Positions 26,067-38,137 are shown, counted from the stretch's first letter. The stretch is DNA of 64,000 nucleotides from Octopus sinensis (GCF_006345805.1 NC_043010.1:51770001-51834000), one strand, 5' to 3'. Numbers and translations: made by a program. Notes: generated by a model not told the origin, from the sequence alone.

Positions 26067-26715
26067 AGTGGATTAGTGTCAACACAGATACAACAAAATT
26101 GTGTCTAGTGGATTAATTCTACCAGAGGCACAATAATATGGTGTTTAGAGGATTTGTGTTACTAGAGGCATAATAAAAAGTTGTTCAGAGGACTAGTGCC
26201 ACCAGAGAACAATAAAATGCTGTTTAGTGGATTAGCGCCGCTAGAGGCACAACAACATGGCCTCTAGTAGATTAGTGCCACCAGACAAACAAGAAAATGA
26301 TGCTTAGTGGATTTGTGCCACCAGAGGCACAATAACATAGTGTGTAGTTGATTAGTTGATTAGTTCCATCAGAGGAACAACATGGGGTCTAGCAGATTAG
26401 TGTCACAAAATAATGTTTAAGAAGCACAATAAAATGGTCTCAAGAGGATTACTGCCACTGGAGGTACAACAAAATGGTATTTAGTGAATTAGTGCCGTCA
26501 GAGGCACAATTAAATGGTCTCCAATTGATTAGTATCACTGAAGGCACATCAAAATAGTGCTAAGTGGATTAATGCCACTAGAGGCAAAACAAAATGGTTT
26601 CTAGTGGATTAGTCCTGCTAGAGGAACAACAAAATAGTCTCCAGTGGATTAGTGCCACCAAGGTCAGAGTAAAACAATATTTAGTCAATTAGTGCCACCA
26701 GAGGCACAAAACAAT
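26067..26715. repeat. 40-bp minisatellite, ~16 diverged copies
   Basis: Unit AGTGGATTAGTGCCACCAGAGGCACAA(C/T)AAAATGGTGTTT; starts at 26067, 26107, 26147, 26187, 26226, 26266, 26306, 26346, 26391, 26443, 26483, 26523, 26563, 26603, 26643, 26683. Confidence 0.92.
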
Positions 26716-27896
26716 GATACATAATAAAATAATGTGTTGTGGATTTTGAATTATAAATCCTACAAGCTGTTACGGCATATAGTATGCATTCAACCCATTT
26801 TGTTTTCGTTGCCAAAAAAAAATATAAGAAAGAAAGAAAAAGAAATACATTAATTACTACTGTACTTTAAAGCAATGCTGACCAACTTGGATTCTTCCCA
26901 AGTGATCTTGTTCCGCCTGTCGTGCCATGAATATTAACATGTAATCATTAACTCAATGTGTATTTCCTCGCAGCTAGGCACAAGGCCAACGTTGGAAAAA
27001 GAAGAACAACAAAGAAACGTGAAGGCGGTGGGAAATATATTAGTTTATAGATCTGAAATCCATCTTGTAGTCATACATGCTTTTAACAGCCCCGTAAATG
27101 TAAATAATAACAAAAATAGTTTTTTTTTTTTTTTTTTTTACAAAGGAACATAGGATTGCATTGAGGGGTGCGGAGGGGGCTGAAGTTTCATCATTAGTAT
27201 ACTGAAGCAGGAGGTGGTTGCAATCTTTTCTCATCTATTTCAACTCTCATTAATCACTTGTGGTTCCATGGTTGGGTAATTTACCCGCAGGTTAATTAAT
27301 GCTTATTTAAAAACTTTGGTGGAATTTGAGCCCACAGCAGATACTGCAACAAAGAATGCCATCTGCAGCAGCCTAACTAGGAGGGTGGGGTCAGACCCAG
27401 GCAGCCTTTTTACAGGAGGGGGCAGTGCTTTTGACTTTGCTGTATAAACTTGTTTAGACTTCAAGAGACAGAGGTGGTGAGCAGCAAATTCATGGACTGC
27501 CCCAAGCAGCACACACTCTAGCTACACCACTGGTTATCGAACCCTCTTACAAATCTGCCAGTCCCTAGCCCTTGGCTGGTGAGTTATATATTGTAACCTA
27601 AGGGGACAATAAGCAAAACTGACCTTGGCAGGATTTGATCTCAGAGCACAGAGAGTTGAAACAAAGTCCATGAAGCATTATATCCAACACTCTAATAACC
27701 CTGCCAATTCACCAACATAGGATTATAGTCAATTATATCCAGCCCAGTACATCATTGGTATTGCATTTTATCAATTTAGGAAGGATGACAAAAGATTCAG
27801 AATCTAAAAATAGAATTTTGTCTGGTACATTAATCATTCTACCAATTCACCAATTTTTATTGTAATAATAATAATAGTGATAATAATAATAATAAT

Positions 27897-28012
27897 GGTT
27901 GTGATGCATGTGCCTAGTGTACCCTTATCAGACAAGTAGTCATGATGGGTATACAGGGCTTCGTATATTTTACCCCAGTGTCACTTTGATGGCATGCACT
28001 GCTCTCTCACTC
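27897..28012 (+). mobile_element. Short 3' piece of the AAT-tailed repeat
   Basis: Matches 1700-1804; AAT tracts on both sides. Confidence 0.7.
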
Positions 28013-28030
28013 AATAATAATAATAATAAT

Positions 28031-28489
28031 GGTTTCAAGTTTTAGCACAAGGCCAGCAATTTTGGGGGACAGGGTGTCAATTGAATCAACTCCAGGATTC
28101 AACTGGTACATATTTTCTCGAACCCTGAAAGGATGAAAAGTAAAGTCGGCCTTGGCAGAATTTGAACTCAAAACATAGTAACAGGCAAAATGCCGCAAAG
28201 CATTTTGTCTGGCGGACTAACAATTCTGCCAGCTCGCCGCCTTAATAATAATAATAATAATAATAAAATAATAATAATGGTTTCAAGTTTTAGCACAAGG
28301 CCAGCAATTTTGGGGGACAGGGTGTCAATTGAATCAACTCCAGGATTCAACTGGTACATATTTTCTCGAACCCTGAAAGGATGAAAAGTAAAGTCGGCCT
28401 TGGCAGAATTTGAACTCAAAACATAGTAACAGGCAAAATGCCGCAAAGCATTTTGTCTGGCGGACTAACAATTCTGCCAGCTCGCCGCC

Positions 28490-28524
<35 letters not shown>

Positions 28525-28732
28525 CCTTTCTACTATAGGCACGAAGCCTGAATTTTTGGTGGGAGGGGATAGTTGATTATATCAACCCCAGTCCTCAACT
28601 GGTATTTATTTTATTGACCCTGAAAAGATGAAAGGCAAAGTCAACCTTGGTGGAATTTGAACTCAGAATGTAAAGATGGACAAAAATCTCGCTAACCACT
28701 TTGCCCAGAATGTTAACGATTCTCGCCGCCTT
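28031..28732 (-). mobile_element. Head-to-tail array of three SINE-B (short-tail) copies separated by (AAT)n
   Basis: Copies 28031-28242 and 28279-28490 read identical (period 248); third copy 28524-28732 is diverged. Confidence 0.92.
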
Positions 28733-28899
28733 AACAACAACAGCAACAACTGTAACAATAAAATTCTTCGAATAAACAGGTGTTAAGAATACAGTCGATT
28801 AAATTGATCGAGTGTTTTGGTTGATTGGTAGATGAGTTATTGATCAGAGAAAGATAAAATATGTAAAGCTGACCTCAGCAGGATTTGAAAGACAAATGG

Positions 28900-29277
28900 G
28901 GAAGGAGAGCGCACAGACAGACAGATAGAAAAAGAGAAAGATTAGCTTGAAAGAATATGGAGAAAGATTAGAATAGGAACAAAAAAAAAGGAAAGAAAAG
29001 GGGAAAAATTAAGAGAATTGCAAAAAGAAAGAAAAAAAATGTAAAAAAGAATGAAATGAAGGGGTGAACAACAGAGAGATTGATAGAAAGAAAGAGTGAG
29101 AGAGAGAAAGAGAGAGACTGATAGAAAGAAAGAGTGAGAGAGAGAAAGAGAGAGACTGATAGAAAGAAAGAGTGAGAGAGAGAAAGAGAGACATTGAGAG
29201 AAAGAGAGAGAGAGAAACAAAGCTAAAAAGTGAATGAGAGTCAAGGAGAAAGAGAGGAGTACAGAGGGTGAGAAAGT

Positions 29278-29317
<40 letters not shown>

Positions 29318-29600
29318 TAGAAAGTGAAAAGGAGACAGTGCGAGAGAGAAAGATAGAAACTGAATGAAAGTCAGGGAGAGAGAGAGAGGTAGGAAGAGAA
29401 AGAGAGAAAGTGAATGAGAGTCAGAGAGAGAGAGAGAGGTAAGAAGAGAAAGAGAGAAAGTGAATGAGAGTCAGAGAGAAAGTGAATGAGAGTCAGAGAG
29501 AGAGAAAGAGAGAGGGGAGTAGGGAGAAAAAGTGAGAGGGCTTGAGTGAAATACAGAGGTAGAGAGACAGAGAGAGAGAGGTGTATAGAGAAAGCAAGAA
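28900..29600. repeat. GA-rich tract with a 38-bp higher-order repeat
   Basis: TGATAGAAAGAAAGAGTGAGAGAGAGAAAGAGAGAGAC ~3x from 29081; AAAGTGAATGAGAGTCA several times. Confidence 0.85.
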
Positions 29601-29859
29601 GGAAAAGAGAAGACATGTGGAGGCGATAAGAGAGCTCTTGAGGACCATCGACCATTCCTGCAACTTCCTGTCATTTCCAAAGATACAAGAGCAAACAACA
29701 CTCCTACCACCACCACTACCACCACCACAACAACAACAACAAAAGACAATTGGTAATAGCAGAACACTTATCATTGCTATGGTGTAAAACAATACCAGTA
29801 ACTGGACCAAAACTGTCCTGGGGCTAAAGAAGAAGAACAACAACAAGAGCAACCAAAAG

Positions 29860-29881
29860 CCTGCACCCAATAATTGTAATC

Positions 29882-29913
<32 letters not shown>

Positions 29914-30125
29914 CAACAGCACTACCACGTTACCACCAACAACAACCACACCAACATCATCATCATCACTACCATCATTGCTGCTGCTACCAACACCACA
30001 ACAGCAAGATTATCACCATAACAACAACCACTATTGCTACAACCATGACCACAACATCCACGTCTACCATCACTGTCACCACTACTACAACAGTAGCAAC
30101 CAGTATCACCACCACAAAAACAACA

Positions 30126-30157
<32 letters not shown>

Positions 30158-30660
30158 CACCACCACAAATACCACTGCAACAACCACAACAACAAAAGCT
30201 ATTATTGCTACCACTACATTCGCAACTACCACAATCATTACCACCACCACCACTGCAACAACAACTATCACGGCTACCATTACAACCACACATACTAGAA
30301 CCACAACAACAACTACTACAAATAATAATAATAATAATACTACAGCAACAACAACAATTATCCTCACCACAAACGCTACTACCAACACCACTACCACTGC
30401 AACAAACATCATGGCTACCACTACAACCACAAACACCACCGCCACCACTACCGACACCACTGCCACCATAACAACTATCATGGCTACCACACTACAACCA
30501 TCACCACCACCACTACTACTACTGCTACTACTACTACTACTACTACTACTATCACAATCCTTACCAACATGGCTACTAACTCATTAACTATCACGATAAC
30601 GATTACCACCACCACCACCACCATCACAATTATCTCCACCATCACTATACAACAGGCTCT
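29860..30660. repeat. CAC/ACT/AAC trinucleotide low-complexity tract
   Basis: Direct reading; source of the poly-Thr and poly-Val ORFs. Confidence 0.93.
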
Positions 30661-31020
30661 ACTATCAGCACCAGCACTCTCTCTCCGTAACAATAACCAC
30701 TCCAACAGCTACAGATACCACTTCACATTCTTAAAACAATTACTCTATCGCAGCAAATCATCTGTTAAACTTTGTTGCAGCAATAACGAAAAAGAGGTCA
30801 GCAGGTTCTAACTCGCTCACAGGTCAGAAGAACGTAACTCTAAAACTTAACCAGCTTAGCACAACCATTGCCCACCTCTTCTCCTTCGCCCTCCCTCTTT
30901 TATCTTTTAGTAGGCTTGCCTTCTGTCCCCCGCTTCCTCCTCCTCATGTGTTCCATTTCGTTTGCCCCCCCCCCTCTCATACATATACCATCATTACTGA
31001 AGAAAGTAAAATAGTAAAAG

Positions 31021-31053
<33 letters not shown>

Positions 31054-31054
<1 letters not shown>

Positions 31055-31700
31055 TAGCTGACGTACTCGGTAATTCCTGGGAAAGCGGGGCTTATCCCTT
31101 GGTTTCGCTAATCCGATAACAACAATACAAAGTATGTAGCCCTTAAAATGATTTTTGTGCATTTACAGAGAATATCGAACCGTCTTACACAGGATCTTGT
31201 TTTTAGAAATTCCCAGTAAGTTATGAATACCCAAATTGTGAAGTCAGTTATGAAATTAGTTACCCGATAGTACGAATTCAAATAAAGTAGCCCCCAAAAG
31301 GGCTTTAGTGTGTTCCCATAGTATATAGAACATAGGAGGAAATACTAATAAGGTATGTATACTAAAATCGTGAAGCATGTTACGTAATAACAGGCTAATC
31401 AGATATGAGATAATAACAATTCAAAGTAAATAACTCTGAAAAGAGCTTTTGTGCATTCCCAGAGAATATTACCCTCAGCGGCGCTAGTGTTGGTATATTT
31501 GTGAATAAGTCGTAACCGAAATAAGTGGATCTATTGTTTAGGAAAATACTATTTACTTGTTTAAGGGTTGTACAGGATAAACTGTGAAAATAACTCTAAC
31601 AGTTCAAATACTAAGAAATAAGCATATTCTGATTTATACCAAATGATATAGGAAAATGAATGGGTTATTTCCTTTGGCAGTTAAAATTAAATATATTAGA
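31054..31700 (-). mobile_element. Non-autonomous Helitron-like element
   Basis: Minus strand A|TCTAATATATTT ... CCCAGGAATTACCGAGTACGTCAG-CTAG|T (TC start, CTAG end, A/T target); internal ~150-bp subrepeats (AAAGT..TTTTGTGCATT..CAGAGAATAT). Confidence 0.7.
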
Positions 31701-31744
31701 TAATCCAGAGGGTGTGTGTTCTAATATTTTCCTTGTCGGTTACG

Positions 31745-32095
31745 TTTTTAGGCGCAGATGTGACTGTGTGGTAAGAAGCTTGCTTCCCAACCACATTGTT
31801 CCGGGTTCAGTCTCACTACATGACACCGTGATCAAGTGTCTAACTCCGCGCCGGTCAAAGCCTTTTGGCACCTTGGGTAAGTGTCTTCTATTATGGTTCC
31901 GGGCCAACAAAAACCTTGTAAGGGGATTCGGTAGACGTGCGTGCGTTTGTGTGCCCGCGCGCTTTTGTGTTTGTACCGACCAGTGTTAATTTACTAACAT
32001 ACCTGTAACTTAACAGTTTGCCAAAACAAACTGATAGAAACTGCTCGACTAAAATCCTAGCTAGGCCGCATTCTGAAACAAGTAAAAGATAAGAT
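31745..32095 (+). mobile_element. SINE family A, rearranged
   Basis: Head with partial duplication (GACACC/GGCACC) plus shortened tail. Confidence 0.8.
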
Positions 32096-32109
32096 TTAGA
32101 AAATTTATA

Positions 32110-32250
32110 CCATATTCACTCGTGTATAAGTCGCACTATTTTATAGTCGATTTTGACTGATAAAACTTCGCTGCGACTTATGAAAAGAAAAAATCTTGTA
32201 AAAGATTTAACTCTAAATTAGGAGTGCGACTTCTATACGAGTATATATGA
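32110..32250. mobile_element. Tc2/pogo-like (Kanga-type) MITE
   Basis: TA|CCATATTCACTCGTGTATAAGTCGCAC ... GTGCGACTTCTATACGAGTATATATGA|TA. Confidence 0.75.
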
Positions 32251-33030
32251 TATATACCAAACCATAATGCTTACCTCGTTTTATTAATCATACTTGCGTC
32301 TAACAAGATTATGAATCACACATTTTTCCAGACGTTCTAGAAGCATTAGTATACATTATCTAAAGCCTTTTAATTCTATTTTTAAAAATCCTTGGCGCTC
32401 CTGCAGACCCCATGCGACGCAGCGGTGCGCAGCGATGTGCCTTTTAAGAGCAACTATAGAGCAACTTCTGTAACAGTTTTGTTTAACTCTTAGCTAAACC
32501 TGTTGCCCGCTTTAACGACTAAACAACTCAGCAGCAATTAGGTTAATTGTTCATCTTATTAATCAGTTGGTTTGTAAGTAAGACTTGCTAACTAGTTCGT
32601 TGAAGTAAAACAGTTAAACATACCAACGCGTTCTTCAACGATTTCGTTAAGAATTTAGTTTGTTAACGAGGTTGTTATATATTTAATGTTATCGTCGTTT
32701 TTATTTTTTTCTAACCCAGTATCACTGAGTCAACGAAAGGGTATCTACATAGTCACACGGCGTGAGAAATAGCAGCCGAATCCCTACCAAACCACATTTT
32801 AATGCCTAAGGAAAAAAAAAAGAATGGACTCATTGGACATTGTAGTTCTAGATATGCAAAAAACAGGGTGGTTACGGTTGGACTGTATTTAATCATAAGT
32901 GGGGGGATGGGTAATTTCTGATTTTTTTCTTCTCTTTATCCGTTTGAAATCATTACATTGGAAATATTACATCATCATTGGGATTAAAAATTGATCAGCA
33001 TAGTTTTTGTTGAAGATGAGAGAGTCTGAA

Positions 33031-33171
33031 ACAGTCAATTTTTCGAGAGATTTTTTCCTCAGCTTTGAGCCGATTGTAACTGAGGTTGCTAATAAAATAT
33101 ATGGATAATTTTTCATGTTTAACAATCAGAATTCTTTCTTCTGTTGGATTCCAAGTCACGCCGATGTTTAA
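33031..33171 (+). mobile_element. Possible RNase H remnant of an I/R1-group LINE
   Basis: One frame reads NFSRDFFLSFEPIVTEVANKIYG*FFMFNNQNSFFCWIPSHADV*; CWIPSH at 33142-33159. Confidence 0.4.
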
Positions 33172-33559
33172 TTTGTTAATTTTCACTTTTCAAAAAATTG
33201 TCTAAACTGGTGCAAAATAAGTATGGCTAATTTCAATGATTTCTTCTCTTAAATTGCATGGTACTTAAATATATTAGAAAGAGAGCCACTCCAGTAGATC
33301 GTGATGAAAATATAGTGTATATTCTATGTCGAGTTTTTAGATTCAGTCAAGTTTCGTTAATTTCATATCGTGAGCCAATTTTCCATGGCGCTCTTTCATT
33401 TGCCCTAGATATTTTAAATTTCTGTTGCAATTCTGATCTTTCTGATATCTAGAAAATAATTCGTTAACTTAGTACTGAAAAATGAAGAAAACAATATCCT
33501 ACGTGTCAACAGTGAGCTCCTCAAGAAGCACTCTCTTCCTGACGACCTTCCACACAACC

Positions 33560-34430
33560 CCAAATCAGCCGAACCAACTATGCATGGATATGTTTCCCAA
33601 AGACTTGAACCAGACAGTAAGATCGACATGAAGTGCAGCCTCTCTTCGATTTCTGACCGCTACATCACATCACACTTCGAAGGCTATCCAATACGGGAGA
33701 TTGCTACAAAATGCCTAATAAACAAAAGAGACAGCGAAGACCTCGGAGCTCCAAGATGCATTTGAAAATGTAGATTATGTCATATTTCTGGGGTAGATAT
33801 CATACATGTGATTAACCGCTGCCCAAAAATATCAGCAAGATACTACGTTCCTATGCGACATGATATTGTCGCAAAAACTATGTACAATGCCATTCGGAAA
33901 AAATACTGTCCTAGAATATCCCTGCTATTGAATACATACACAAACATCAACTCAAGTAATACTGGTGGAACATTCCCATAAAAACATCTGTCAATTTTAA
34001 ACATAATAGATCGGGATATTGTTGTTCAGCATAGATAAGAAAAGCTGTGTACCGTCAAAGAGGTCGGCTGTCCAGATGTAAATATTTCTTTGAAAATCAA
34101 AGCGAAAGATATAAATATAGGCAACTGCTTCGAAACAAGTTCACATTCGTACTAATAATGATTGATGCGCTTTGTTTTCTGGGCAAATTTCTGGGCAAAT
34201 GCTTAAGTGACAATCTGGATAAGCTTGGGTTTTCAGAAAAAAAAATCAACCAAATGATTCGTATATTACAAATACATTCTGTAATCGGAACAGTAAATAA
34301 ATGCAAGATTTTTCTCAATTCTAAAATGCGACATTGTTTTTGTTATCTATATTCCAACGATAAAGCTTTGTATCTTTGTTAGAAACCAGCACCGTCTTCA
34401 GAGGAGGAATTTAAATAATTAAAAACAGAA
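33560..34430 (+). mobile_element. 3' fragment of an R4/Dong-clade RLE non-LTR retrotransposon (decayed)
   Basis: MHGY.. then KCRLCHISGVDIIHVINRCPKISARYYVPMRHDIVAK (CX2CX8HX4C knuckle + RHD), YWWNIPIKT..HNR-DIVV..EVGCP..KYRQL..LGF..QIHSVIGT (PD-D/ExK-type endonuclease), with stops and frameshifts. Confidence 0.82.
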
Positions 34431-34434
34431 GAGA

Positions 34435-34465
<31 letters not shown>

Positions 34466-35166
34466 CATACATACATACATACATACATACATACATACAT
34501 ACATACATACATACTACATACATACATACATAGGGGAGCTTAATACAGGACTTATAAATCAACGATGACCACCGGAAAAGACAGGTGCAAAGTGAGAATT
34601 CCAGAGGATAGTAACGGAGCAAGGATTCTCGACATCTGGGACAAGGAGAACATACTTTTAGTCCGCATACCTTAATTAACATGCAAGAAAGTTCAGCAGA
34701 AAGTTTGTGCTCCTGCTCCTAGAAGCTCCTACTTCGCCCATCTCCTCTTGCTACATGTCTGATAGGAGGGACCGACTTCAAGGGAACAAGAGACTGAGTG
34801 TAATAATGAGTGGAGTGGGTAAGAAATGGAGTGGACACTACAGCATGAGTTCTGAATGGAGAGTGAGTCGAGGGTGGAATATAGTCAATACAACTGATTT
34901 TCAGTACTTAACCCTTAGAATAGGAAAATGGTAAGGTCTGAACTCAAAATTTTGTCCCAAGACAATTAGATCACATCACATTCAAGTGTTTCTAACCAAA
35001 TCACATCCCAGCTATGAATCGACCTAAATTAGGGTTCACATGAATTTCAAAACAAATAAAGTATTGTTTAAGGGCAGAGTGTGTGCCGTCCGGCGCGGTC
35101 CCTGAGTATGTTCCGAAAGAATCTATATATGTGTGTACATACATACATACATATATACATACATAT

Positions 35167-35236
<70 letters not shown>

Positions 35237-35240
<4 letters not shown>

Positions 35241-35355
35241 CCTGGTCGCTTAGCCAGCGGGGTGGCCTCATTTGAAGGCTAAAAAAATAAGAAGCGCATT
35301 GTGACCAGCGATGTGTAGCAACATCTGATAGCCTGGTCGGTCACGGTGATCACGG
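35237..35355 (+). mobile_element. SINE type C tail
   Basis: Matches 46960-47065 (GCGCATTGTGACCAGCGATGTGTAGCAACATCTGATAGCCTGGTCGGTCACG). Confidence 0.8.
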
Positions 35356-35384
35356 TGATTTATATAATTTTTAACAGGTGTTGC

Positions 35385-35516
35385 TTTCCGGGTTCAGTTC
35401 CACTACGTGGCAGCTTGGGCAAGTGTCTTCTACTATGGCCTCGGATCAACCAAAGTCTTGTCAGTGAACTTGGTAGATGGAAACTGAAAGAAGCCTATCG
35501 TGCGCGCGTATATGCG

Positions 35517-35555
<39 letters not shown>

Positions 35556-35743
35556 GGAATAATTACTACGAAGCATTGTGTAGAAAATATATTGTAATAT
35601 TGTATTAAGGATCGTGGGTAAATCCAGAACAATGCGTAGTAAATGCAAGGTTATGACCCCGAAATATTGAATGCAAGGTAGGCCTACAATCATATATTTG
35701 TTTCTTGTGATTTGCTTTGCATTTACTCACGATCCTTTATACG

Positions 35744-35777
<34 letters not shown>

Positions 35778-35990
35778 CTGTGGCCATGCCTCACCACCGC
35801 TTGACAACCGCTGTTGGTTTGTTTGCATCCTCGTAACCTATCCGTTCAGCAAAAGACATCGATAAATTAGGTACAAATACTTTTTAAAAAATAGTAGTGG
35901 GAGTTAATTAATTCGACTGAAACTCTTTAAGGTGGTGCCCCAGCATGGCCGAAGTCAAATGAGTGAAACAAGTAAAAGATAAAAGATTAT
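35385..35990 (+). mobile_element. SINE family A variant interrupted by ~200 bp of other sequence
   Basis: Head 35385-35500, tail 35780-35990. Confidence 0.7.
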
Positions 35991-36065
35991 GATTAGAAAG
36001 CTTTGATAAATTAGAAATAGCAGCCAAATCTTGAAACCATATCTTGCTATACTCTTTTTTTTTTC

Positions 36066-36455
36066 TCTTTTTACTTGTTTGTCATTTGACTGTGGCCATG
36101 CTGGAGCACCGCCTTTAGTCGAGCAAATCGACCCCAGGACTTATTCTTTGGAAGCCCAGTACTTATTCTATCGATCTCTTTTGCCGAACCGCTAAGTTAC
36201 GGGGACGTAAACACACCAGCATCGGTTGTCAAGCAATGTTGGGAGGACAAACACAAACACACACACACACGCATATATATATACATATATACGACGGGCT
36301 TCTTTCAGTTTCCGTCTACCAAATCCACTCACAAGGCTTTGGTCGACCCGAGGCTATAGTAGAAGACAGCTGCCCAAGGTGCCACGCAGTGGGACTGAAC
36401 CCGGGACCATGTGGTTGGTAAGCAAGCTACTTACCACACAGCCACTCCTACGTCT
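36066..36455 (-). mobile_element. SINE family A, near-consensus with CpGs intact
   Basis: Full head and tail. Confidence 0.92.
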
Positions 36456-36916
36456 ATGTTCAATAAAGAAGAATATATTAAACTAAACAGTGTAATTCCT
36501 TACATACCAGATGCCAGGAATGGTCACAGCCAGGTATGACGAGACGTGGGTGCAGGGCTTCAAGAATTTCCTGGAATCTCAAAAAATATTTGTGTGCAAT
36601 GAGGATTAACAGACAGAAAGAAAGAGGGCACTCGAAAAACTTCTGTATCCCATCCTGACTTTTTTTATTATTTTCTACTTGTTTTAGTATTAGATTGCGG
36701 TCCTGCTGGAGCATCACCTTGAATTTTAGTCGAACTAATTGAGCCTAGTACATTTTTTTTTTTTGCCTGGTATTTATTGTATTGGCTACTTTTGCTGAAC
36801 TGCTATACTACAGTAACGTAAACACACCAACACCGGTTGTCAAGCAGTAGTGCGGGACAACAGAGACACAAAGACACACACACATATACTTACTTGGAAA
36901 TGGATGCGTATATATA

Positions 36917-37074
36917 TTGTGTGGTAAGTAGCTTGCTAACCAACCACATGGTTGCGGGTTCAGTCCCACTGCGTGGCATCTTGGGCAAGTGTCTTCTGCT
37001 ATAGCCCCGGGTCAACCAATGCCTTGTGAGTGGATTTGGTAGACGGAAAGTGAAAGAAGCCTGTCGTATATATG

Positions 37075-37105
<31 letters not shown>

Positions 37106-37315
37106 TTGTGTGTCTGTGTTTGCCCCCCTAGCATTGCTTGACAACCGATGCTGGTGTGTTTATGTCCCCGTCACTTAGCGGTTCGGCAAAAGAGACCGAT
37201 AGAATAAGTACTGGGCTTACAAAGAATAAGCCCCGGGGTCGATGTGCTCGACTAAAGGCGGTGCTCCAGCATGGCCGCAGTCAAATGACTGAAACAAGTA
37301 AAAGAGTAAAAGAGT
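36917..37315 (+). mobile_element. SINE family A, near-consensus
   Basis: Full head and tail; inverted relative to 36066-36455. Confidence 0.92.
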
Positions 37316-37626
37316 AATATATATTCGAGGGGCTTCTTTCAGTTTCCATCTGTCAAAGCAACTTACAGGACTTTGGTCGGCCCGAGGCTCTAGGTGCCAC
37401 TCGGTGAGACTGAAACCACAACCATATGGTTGGGAAGCAAACTTCTTAACTCACAACCACGCCCGTACTTATATTAACATTTCTAGTAATGACAGGATAT
37501 GGGACTGCTTGATCTGGGCTGACCTAGGGTTAAACAAGAGCAATCAAACACCACCATCCATTCATATAACATCACCACCACCACTATCATTAAACAGCAC
37601 TTATCCTTCAGTCAATATCACTGCCA

Positions 37627-37883
37627 GGTACTATTTAAGAAGAGCGGTCCCGGTGCGCGCACTCGCGCATCCGCGCTAGCTAGTCGTGACTAGTCGATCC
37701 TACAAAGACTACCTAGCAAAGTAAATAAAACATAAAATAATTTTTTTTACACAAAGTTAATAATTTTTTAAACAAAGTAAATAAAACAAAAACAAAGTAA
37801 GGATCGACTAGTCACGACTAGCTTAGTGCGGATGCGCGAGTACGCGAGTGCGCGCACCGGGACCACTCTTCTTGAATAGTACC
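37627..37883. mobile_element. Mutator(MULE)-type MITE
   Basis: ~75-bp TIRs beginning GGTACTATT[T/C]AAGAAGAG; exact 9-bp TSD TCACTGCCA at 37618-37626 and 37884-37892. Confidence 0.85.
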
Positions 37884-38137
37884 TCACTGCCATCCCTTTA
37901 GCCAACATCACCGCTACCATCACACCTTTAGTCATCACCTCCACCATCGCCCCTTTAGTCGACTACCGCCACCCCATCGTTACCAGCACTCCTTTAGTCA
38001 ACGACACTGCCGCCGCCGCCAACATCCCACTGGTCAACATGACCCTCAACACCACTCCTTTAATCGATACCACCGCATCACCGTCTCTTTAGTCGATATG
38101 ATTGTCACCACGACTGCCACCATCAAACCCCGCCTTT

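Noticed and set aside
26067-26715. CRISPR-like array
   Set aside because: Contiguous tandem units with no unique spacers, no cas genes, and a eukaryotic context.
27140-27540. DNA transposon ending CTAGCTACACCACTG
   Set aside because: Only one plausible terminus; no matching TIR or TSD found.
30045-30587. Mucin-like poly-Thr ORF
   Set aside because: Trinucleotide low-complexity tract open in several frames and on both strands; similar tracts at 13.5 kb and 57-59 kb.
36508-36570. Minus-strand exon (CCAG|GAAATT..CATCTG|GTATGT) as exon 2 of the 56.7-kb gene
   Set aside because: Stop codon in the required phase 1; other phases give no recognisable protein.
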